64,000 bases of DNA from Clostridiales bacterium (GTDB lineage: Bacteria > Bacillota > Clostridia > Christensenellales > DTU072): the NCBI GenBank assembly GCA_012799455.1, contig JAAZLE010000084.1, positions 16,390-80,389 on the forward strand, read 5' to 3'. The notes below the pieces were generated by a model. The model saw nothing but the letters and a program-made list of their open reading frames with translations, had not been told where the DNA came from and did not search any database. Shown piece after piece: positions 1 to 9,900 of the stretch (the stretch's first letter is position 1; the number at the start of each line of letters is the position of its first letter). Made by a program: the position numbers and the translations under genes.

Positions 1-727
1 GTGAGATAACTGCATTATTTAAGATAATATTAGGTGGGAATTCCACGTTTACTAATGTAGGGATTATAAGTTCTCTAACATTTTTACCATCGTGTAATAA
101 ATAGCCAAAAGGCATCCCGTTATCCAACAAAAGATATCCCTTTCCACTATCTCCAAAATGTTCGGCAAAAAGAATTTGATAATAATCATTATCTCTTTTA
201 TGGTATCCGACAAGATTTTTAGTGAACTCATTATATAGTGTTAAGCATATCAAAAAATCAGTTTGTTTTAAGGGTTCTATAGCAAGTTTTTGTATTGGTT
301 TATGCATTATTGTTTTAAGTTTAACGGTGTTTATATTCACCATGTTACTCACGGTAACATAATCTTGCTTTCTATAAAAATCATGGTTAAAAGGATGCAA
401 TAAAATAAATGGCATTCCGAGATTTTTATAGTGTTCACAGCTTTCATTTAATAGTTTTTTTGCTAATCCTTGGTGGCGGTATGCACTATCAGTTGCTACT
501 CCAGTCAAGAAAGGCACTTGCATTAGGGTGTTGCCGACATAGATATCTATTTTTTTGGCATAGGCAACAGAAACAATTTTATCGTCGCGCTTTTCGACAA
601 AGCAGTCGCAGTTTGGTAGTTTATGTTTTATGAAATAATCAATATAAAAATCCCCATCCATAAAACTGCTTTTATGAAGGGCAACTAACTGGTCTAATTC
701 AGTTTGCGAAAAACTCATCATCTGCAT
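1..727 (-). CDS. GNAT-family N-acetyltransferase, Eis-like; C-terminal end runs off the window
   Basis: Missing from the ORF track because it is open to the window edge. Manual minus-strand translation from the ATG at 727..725 gives MQMMSFSQTELDQLVALHKSSFMDGDFY...GVATDSAYRHQGLAKKLLNESCEHYKNLGMPFILLHPFNHDFYRKQDY..., with no stop down to position 1. R-H-Q-G-LAKKLL is the GNAT acetyl-CoA motif A. Confidence 0.8.
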   Translation of the reverse strand, partial: MQMMSFSQTELDQLVALHKSSFMDGDFYIDYFIKHKLPNCDCFVEKRDDKIVSVAYAKKIDIYVGNTLMQVPFLTGVATDSAYRHQGLAKKLLNESCEHYKNLGMPFILLHPFNHDFYRKQDYVTVSNMVNINTVKLKTIMHKPIQKLAIEPLKQTDFLICLTLYNEFTKNLVGYHKRDNDYYQILFAEHFGDSGKGYLLLDNGMPFGYLLHDGKNVRELIIPTLVNVEFPPNIILNNAVIS

Positions 728-811
728 ACAAATATGATACAAAAAAGGCAGGATTCACACAAGCATACAAAATGTTCACAATACTAACACGAAACATAGA
801 TAGTTTAGTTG

Positions 812-840
812 TTGATTTTTAACATGCACTTATATATAAT
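812..840 (+). promoter_or_regulatory. sigma-70-type promoter upstream of the giant surface-protein gene
   Basis: TTGATT (812-817), 17-nt spacer, TATAAT (835-840). This predicts a 5' UTR of about 80 nt before the ATG at 928. Confidence 0.6.
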
Positions 841-927
841 TAAAAATATATGAATATGCGCACGCGAGCGAAAAAACACATACGTAAGCGCGATAATTCA
901 AGCCTAATTTATTTTTCGGAGTCTTAG

Positions 928-3900
928 ATGGCTAAAAAGATATTTCTAATTTTAATTTTGATTGTGTTGGCAAGTATGGTAGTACTTTCGCTTACTGCTT
1001 GCTCTGGTGTAACAATCGAGGGTATTTCCATAGACTCCAGTAGCGAATATAAGACGGAATATGCAATAGGTGATAAGTTTGATTTAACTGGAATGAAAAT
1101 TTTAGTCAAAAGATCAGACGGCATTGAGTCTTCACTGATGCTATCAGATATTCAAGATGAAATAAAAATATTAAACTTTGACACAACAAAAGAAGATGAT
1201 TCTTTGGAAGTGGTTGTTGAATATAAAAAAGCGCAAGCTAAATTTATCATAACAGTTTCCGCCGATGCTACTACTGCTGCTCTTTACACTGTAAGTTTTG
1301 ATGTCGGACTAGATGGTGCTGCGACTATTGAAGATCAGCGCGTAGGTAAGTTTAAAACAGTTAGAAATCCCGGAGAGCCTGTAAAACCAGACGGCATACA
1401 AAAGGCATTTGATGGCTGGTATAAAGAAATAGGAAAGATTAACAAGTGGAACTTTTCTGTTGATACAATTCAGGAAGACACAACAATTTATGCAAAATGG
1501 GTCGATTTAGTGCCAGTAACTTTTGAAGTAGTCGGTGGCCCTAATGATGGAGAAGAAATAGTAAAGTATGTGAAGATGGGAGATGAGTTAGCCGATGCTC
1601 CTTCTGTCCCTATTTGGGAGGGGTACGATGGAGTTTGGGACAGGGAGGTTTTCACTCGGATATACACTGGCAATATACGAGTTAAGAGTATTTACACCAT
1701 AAAAAAACATACTGTCACATTTTGTTACTATGATTCAGAGGGTAAATTACAAACGATAGAATCAATTGAAGATATTCCGTATGGTACCAACATGTACTCA
1801 GAATATGCAAATGTACTAGAGGGGATTAGACCACCTACTGAAATAGGCAGAACTAGGTTTACGGGCTCATGGAGCTCAGAGCTCAATAATATTACTAATG
1901 ACGCTACTGTAATAGCTGTATACACCTCGAAAGAGTGTGAGGTTTCATTTAACCTGACTACTTCCACAGAAATACTGCCTCCTGTCACAATTATCGCGGG
2001 TAATACGATAAGTGTAAATAAGAGGCCAGCAAGTCCAACTCTAGAAGGATATAGATTTATAAGGTGGTATAAAGATTCTGGTTTTACGGTTCCTTGGGAT
2101 TTCGATTTAGACATTGTTGAAGGTAATCTAACATTATATGCAAAGTGGGAAAAAACATTCCCAGTCTATTATTTAATAGGTTCCGCATACGCTCCATCGT
2201 TTCCAGATTTAGAGGAAAGCATAACATACCAAGATAACGAATACATAATTTATGAAGAGTTTTTTGTTCCTAAAGAAGGAAGTGTAGAAAACCCCACACC
2301 ACCAAGCATGACAGGACACAAAGCAATTTGGAGCTTAACAGGCGATGCCCTTAAAAATATTAATAGTCCGTTATACATATTCGCTCACTTCTCAAAATTA
2401 GAATATACAGTGACTTTCATGGCCGAAGATGGCACGGTAGTTGATGAGCAACAGGTCAAATATCAAGAAAGTGCATTGGACCCAGGACAACCGCCAATAA
2501 AATATGGATATACTTTTGATGAAGATCTTGGTTATTGGGCCAACAGTTTTGAAAATATTACGCAAGATACGATAGTGAGGCCTAGATATGTTGCAAAGAA
2601 TGTAAACGTACGGGTATATCCGAAGAATGGTTATGTAAGTCCAGAAGGCGATAGTTTTTACGAAACCACTGCTAAATTTGACAGCACTATAGAACTTGAT
2701 GATCCAACGCCTACAAGAGAAGGATATGAGTTTGACAATTGGTATACGGAAGATGAAAATCCCTCTGTTTCAAACAGGTGGGTTTTATCAGAAAATATAA
2801 TTAAACAGGAAGAAATGGTTACCATTTATGCTAACTGGTTGAATATATATAGAGTAAGATTTGAGGAAGGAGATAGTGAGCAGTTAATTGCTGAATATCT
2901 AGTAGTAGAGGGTAAAAAACTAAGCGCAATGCCAGCTTTGCCTGAAAAGATAGGATATACAGGGATGTGGTATATCTATGACAATGGATCCTTTATAGAG
3001 CCAGTGTCAATGGCATATTGGAACGCGAATGCCATAAGAAAGAATTTTATCTTAAAGCCAAAGTATGATATTAAGATTTATAATGTCATTTTTAACATAG
3101 ATTCCCAAATTGAAAACGTAGTATTAAATGTAGAGCATGGACAGAAGATTGTTAGACCGCCAGTGGGTAATCCCAGTGAGGAAGTGGCGACGCCAGATAA
3201 TACTGCCGAAATTGCACTTGCTACGGTAGGGAAAGAATTCTTAGGCTGGGAGCCTGAAGATCAAATAGATAAAGTAGTTGTAGAAAATAAGACATTTGTT
3301 GCTCGGTTCAAATATAAGACATTTAAAGTAACGTGGCAAAACAAAGACAATGTAGATATTTATCAATTGAATGAGGTGGAGTACGGTAAAAATGCCGAAG
3401 CTTTATTCAATAATTCTGGAGTAGGTATTCCGGAAAAAGAAGGTCATAATTTTACAGGATGGGATGTTTACCCAGCTGGTGAAAGTGCAAGTGCGGTAAA
3501 GGCAAACATTACACTAAGACCTCGTTATGAAAAGAATACTTACGAACTCGCAGTTACTAACCTATACAGTGGCAATGACAAGTTACCTAACAAAAACTTG
3601 CGTGATGAGTTCAACGAGTATGTATCGTTTGGGTTAGAACCTGCAGATATCATAGACCCCACAAGAACAGGCCATAAATTTGATGGTTGGAGGACAACAC
3701 GGTTTAGTATTGATCGTATGATAGTGGATGATATAACGTACTGGGTATTAACTAACGAAGATTATGCTGGTTCGGGAGTTAAGTTCTTCGACACTACCAA
3801 GGGAAGTTTAATAATATACAAAGACCAAATTTATAGAGGAAATAATGAGAGTCATGGTTTGGGTCAAGAAGGCTGGGAATTAAGTAATTTTAGGATAGTG

Positions 3901-6900
3901 CGCGACGAAATAAGTGGTTGGATTGATAAGGCTAATACGGTTCCTGAGCATCTAAATGTCAAATCTATTGCTTTCCCATGTAACCTGTTTTATGTTTACG
4001 GTGAAGCATCGGATTTTGAGGCTAGGTACACAATCAACAGTTACACGATAACGTTTGATGTCAATACTATGGATGATGTAACAAACGCGCCTGCTAATTT
4101 TACAGCCAAACATAATTCTATACCCATTATACCTAAACCACAACCTGGTCGGACGGGATTTGTTTTCTTAGGGTGGTATAAGGAAATAGATTTTACGACT
4201 AAATGGGACACTACTGGTGGTGGAGCATATATGCCATTGACTTCTAGTTATACAGTGTATGCTAGATGGGAACCTATTACGGCAGATGCAACTTTAGGAA
4301 TAGATTATATTCTCAACCAAGATGGCACGGGATATATAGTCTCTAGCATGGTTAACGTACCTAGCGGCATGACATCCATAGTTGTCCCCAATTATTACGC
4401 AGGTAAACCAGTAGTAGGGATTGGTAATGCTTCGATTTATAGTAATCCAGTACTAGCAAGCAATGTAGTGAGCATTTCCTTACCAAACACGTTATATCAA
4501 ATCGCGCCTGATGCATTCAAACAATGTACCGCACTAGAGACTATAGAAATACCAGCATCAGTTAAAACAATATCTAGCGATGCGTTTGAAGGGTGTACGA
4601 GTTTAACTAGCGTAACATTTAGAGAAGGTACTGAATTAGAAACTATTGAATCATTTGCATTCGTAGGCAACACATCATTAGAGAGTGTTATTTTACCTGA
4701 AACGCTGCAGAGGATAGGAGAAAAGGCTTTTTATGGATGTTCATCACTGCTTAGTGTAAATATACCTGCAAGCGTGAGAGATGTGGGCAATGCTGCGTTT
4801 GGAAATTGTAGTAAGCTAATACGTGCAAATTTCAATAGTGAAAACCCGATAAATTTAGGTGCTAATGTATTTTACAGGAATGATGAAACCTATAATGTTT
4901 TGAAAATATATGTAAAAGGACCAGCTAAATACGGAACTAGTAGTGCAAATGCAAACTGGCAACAATATTATAATGAAGGAAAAATAGTTGATTTAAACAG
5001 CATATCCACGGATGGTCTATGGTCTTATAAGGCAGATGGGGCGGTAGGCGTTCAGTTAGTACAATACCTAGGTAATGAGGAGATAGTTGAGATACCATCC
5101 AAAATATTTATACCTGGCGTATATGTTGAGAAAGATGTTACACGTATATTGAATTATGCGTTTGATGCTAGAGTCAAAGAAGTTAGTTTTGAATCTACAG
5201 TATCCTTTGAAAGAGATGCGTTTTCTCAAGCCGTTTTACTACGAAACATTAACTTAAAGATATTAGACTTTATTCCAACTAGCAATTTTGATTTAGCGTA
5301 TGTGTATAGAAAAGCTGGAAATGTGCTAAGTAAGCTTACGGTTACTTCAAGCAAGACTTTACAGGAAATTTTTGGTGCTGAGACCCCAACTAATTTGAAA
5401 GAAGTTGAAATTATAGAGCAAAACGACTATATAGCTGAAGGAATGTTTAGAAACTGCAAATACATAGAGACTGTTAGATTTGATACCAGCATCAGAGAAA
5501 TTCGAAATGATGCCTTTAGTGGAGCCATTGCTCTTAAAAATGTATACATAAAGTCACACGCGTCTCCAGAAAATGAGCTTAATGTAATAGGGAAGAATGC
5601 CTTTTATGGAGCGTCAGCTTTAGCTAATTTTTACATATCAGATGAGTCTGATCCAGAAGTTATGGTCCCTGGAATGCCAACAACTATAAACAGTATTGGC
5701 CAGGATGCATTCTACGGTACAAAATGGTTGTTAAATAAACCAAGTGGTTTGGTAATTATTGGGGATGGTATAGTGTACACTTACAAGCAAAGTATATCGC
5801 TTTCTACTGTTGTTATGATTCCAACAAATGTCAAAAAGGTAATGGATAAAGCATTCTATGGTAATACGCACATAACACATGTTATTCCAGAAGATATAAC
5901 AAATTCAAATTGGAAGGTAGTGGGAGTGAGTGCGTTTAGCAACTGTGATTCTTTAGAAGCAGTTGTATTGCCCAGCGGATTTGAACGAATAGAAAATTAT
6001 GCATTTGAAAATTCAACGAAACTTGGCACACTAGTTATATTTGGGGCCACGAGCTCACCATATCAAGGAATAGATTTCATTAATAACACTCTAAAAAGAT
6101 GGCAGGCTGGAGTGTCGGTTCCAGGCATCGAATTGTATGTTGATGATAACTTAGATGCAGTTGACAAGGCTAAATATAACGACTTAACGACATCAAAGAA
6201 TATAAGCGTTAATTATGTGGAAGGGCTCGCGATTAATTATGGATCTAGCAACGAAGATAAGTGGGTTTATTCAGAAGGCAGTATAGCTGGCAGTAAGATA
6301 ATTAAGAGTTTTGGTGATGGTATAGAATGCGTATTGCCAGAAAGTCTCAGTGGCATGGGAGTAACAGAAATTGCAAATAATGCACTCCCCAGAAAAACAA
6401 CCAAATTAAGCCTAAGTTTAACAGCTTCTGTCAGCCAGTATTCGTTTGCGGGGATTACTAGGTTAGAAGAACTGTCTATTACTGCTCCAAACGAATCTGC
6501 TGTTGATATGGATGGAACCATACTTCGTTCTCTTATGAGCGCTAATAACCAGTTGAGTATATTGAATACTGCATCGACATACAGCATAAAAGGAGTGCTT
6601 GACGGTTATACTTTACCCTCACAAATCAAGACTGTAAATATTTTACCAGGGCAGTTAACTATCGAGACTGCATTCTTGGAAGGATGTAGTACTGTCGATA
6701 ACATTAATATATTGAGTTTAGTAGGTGAGGAATTAATTTCGACTCCATTAGAAGAAAACATCTCTGCAGAAACAATCTCTGCACTGAATATAAGTATTAC
6801 AACCATTAAAGATAGTGCATTTAATGGGACGGGCTGGATGAACGCACTAGATAAAGATTTTATTCTCGTATTGGACGGGATGCTAGTAGATTATAAAGGT

Positions 6901-9900
6901 GCCGATAGCGTGCTAAGGTTGCCGACAACAGTTAAAACAATCGGTCATGGTGTGTTTAAGGACAATCAACAAATAGAAATCGTATACATACCAACAAGTG
7001 TTGTTAAAATTGAAAGCTTAGCATTTAACGGCGCAACTAACCTAGTTAAAACATTTTTAGCACATACTACAAGTCCAATTCCAACTGTTCAAAATGATAG
7101 TTTTACACTTGATAATGGGAAGGAAGTATTTGTAAATTCTAGTGCCCATGCATTATTCCAGGCAGCAGAAAACTGGAGTGTATATGGCACAAAGGTTGAG
7201 CCTAATGTTCCTATCATCGAAAAAGAAGTAAGTAGAATAATAAGAAAGGACATAACGGGCAATGTATTGTTAGATGTTAGAAGTCAAAGTTACCTTATAG
7301 ATATAGGAGGAGATGTTACTAAATCAACACTGCATTGGTATCGTGACGTTGTGGTGTCATATGATATACCTAACAATACTCCAAGTTACGAAAAAGATAC
7401 GATTGATTACGCTCAATATCCAGTAGTATCGGTGCGTGAAAATAATGAAGCAGTAATTCCAGAAGATGTTACCAGTGGGGCAACAACGTATATAATTACT
7501 AAATTAGGGAACAATGTATTAATGTCCACTGTTACTGCTCTGACAATTTATTTAGATGATACAGTAACAGCATATAGTTTTTCCAACTTAAGGTTAGCTA
7601 GAACTTTAAGTATTAAGAAGACAGATAATTTATCAGAACGTACAATAACTGGAAAGCAACTAACAGGCATAATTAACTCTGTAGGAATCACGAAAATTAA
7701 CTATTTAGGTAATGTCACGCTCGATGCTTTGTTAGAAATCGTTTTAACTGGCGAGCCTCAAGATCGCAACTATAGACCAGAAGGTTTAACAGCAGTAGAG
7801 ATTTTGGAAGGTGCGGTAGAAATAGTAGAAATTTTGTTGAAAGACTGGGTTAACATTAATGAGATCAAAGTTCCAAAGAGTGTAGAAAGCATTGGTGTAA
7901 ACGCGTTTGAAACTACTAGTTGGTATACTAACTATGATAGTGTAACTTATGGAAAAGACATGCTTGTCGTAGGTGATAAAATTTTATATAAGTACAGAGG
8001 GAATGCTACAAGTGTGGTAATTCCAGGCAACGTAGAAATCATAAATATAGGAGCATTTAGTACAGCGACTGGTACTCCAGGATCTTGGAGTTGGTCAAGC
8101 ACCTTAGGTGTGACAAGTGTAAGATTTACAGTTGATAGTAAAGCGACAACGATACTGGGATATGCCTTTACAGGTTGTCAACACTTAAATGAATTTAACT
8201 CTCCAGATACTCTAAGGTATGTAGATCCAACTGCGTTTGACGAAACAGGGTTTTCTGTTTCTGATGGGCTCTTAATTCTATCAGGGTCACAAGTGCAAGG
8301 CAGAACAGTTGTAAAATACTTAGGAGACCCTAGTGTTACAGTTATTAATTTACCTGCAGATATTAAGATCATAGCAGCAGATGCATTTAAGGGACTTACT
8401 TCACTTGCAAATATTTCTTGGGGTGGAGATGCTTCTGTGTTAGCACATATAGGAGACTCAGCGTTTGAAGGATGTACGTCTCTAAGCACGGTACCACTTA
8501 ATTCTGGTTCTTCTTCAACACCACACATTCAATCGGTAGGGAAGAACGCATTTAGCGGAACGCCATTTGCAAATACTGCTACGTTCTTCTTGAGAGCTGA
8601 TGGAAAAAAGGTTGTTTATAAACAAAATCCTACACTTTCATTTGAAATAACTCCAGATATTTATTCGATTACGGATGGCGCACTATATAATTCTGAAAGT
8701 TCCCCAACTTCTCCAGCGCAAATAGTGTTGCGAGTTGGGGCTAAGCTATCACAAAAAGATATGTATAATCTTTTATCCATGCCAACAGTAACCACTTTTA
8801 AGTCAAATGGAGCAGTTGCGCTTAAAGACTTAATAGGAACGGATAAGGTTTTATCTAATATTGTGACACTATTCTTTGATGATACTACAACTGCTATCGT
8901 TAGTGAATACGCAAAAGATTGGCATTCAATAGAAAATATTAATTGGCCTGTTAACATAAGATCTGTAGGTAGAGACGCTGTGACGGGCACAAAGTGGTTG
9001 AATGATATTCCAAGTGACTACGTTACTACCGGTTATGGGATGTCCGGAATATTAATAAAGTATAAGGGTTTGAGTAGTGATGTGTTTATAAATCAAAATA
9101 TAAATTCTATAAGCACAGATGCTTTTAGAGGAAATGTTGATATAACAAGAGTTGAATTTGCCTCTGCCTCTGCGATAGACACGATTCCCGTAGCAGCGTT
9201 TTCTGGATGTTCATCACTAATAGAAATTATTAATATTCCAAAAACTGTAACTAGTATAGGTCAAGATGCTTTCAAAGATACAGCATGGCTTAATGCTCAA
9301 GTAGATTTAGTTATCATCAATGGATTATTGATAGCATACAATGGGAATGCATCAAATATTGTAATTCCGCAAGAAGTTAAAATAATATATCCTTATGTTT
9401 TCGCAGGGAATAAGAATATAAATTCCCTAGAAATTGATAAGTACTCTAGTCTAACAAGAATAGAAGCGGGGACATTTGCGGAATGCTCAAGCTTAGCGAC
9501 AGTAAAATTATCTGAAAGTGTAAGATTTGTAGACAAGGCTGCGTTTGCTGGCACCATTTGGCTTAACAATCAAATGTCGGGTGCGGGCGGTGGTTTTATT
9601 GTTTATGAAGACACTTATGAGAGCATATACAGGTTACTAACATATGTGGGGACAAACCCACAAGTAACTATTCCAGATAAAACCACAGAAATTGGAGAAT
9701 ATGCGTTTAGGGACAACAGAAATATAACTAGTGTTAACATTAACAAGACTATCCATATTCCCGACTATGCATTTAATGGATGTACCAGCTTAGGAGCGGT
9801 GACTTTAAGCTCTGGTGTAACATTGGGTTCTTATGTGTTTGCTGGAACACCTTGGTTTGCAAGTAAAACAACAGAATTTGTAATTGTGGGTAATGGAAAT

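Noticed and set aside
409-633. 74-aa plus-strand ORF in the track
   Set aside because: It lies entirely antisense to the well-supported GNAT acetyltransferase frame (1-727, minus strand). It has an odd composition and no SD. I treat it as a shadow ORF.
831-840. (TA)4 run within the spacer and -10 element of the giant-gene promoter as a phase-variation switch
   Set aside because: Four units are too few to argue for slipped-strand variation. No homopolymer or longer SSR was seen in the promoter or the 5' coding region.
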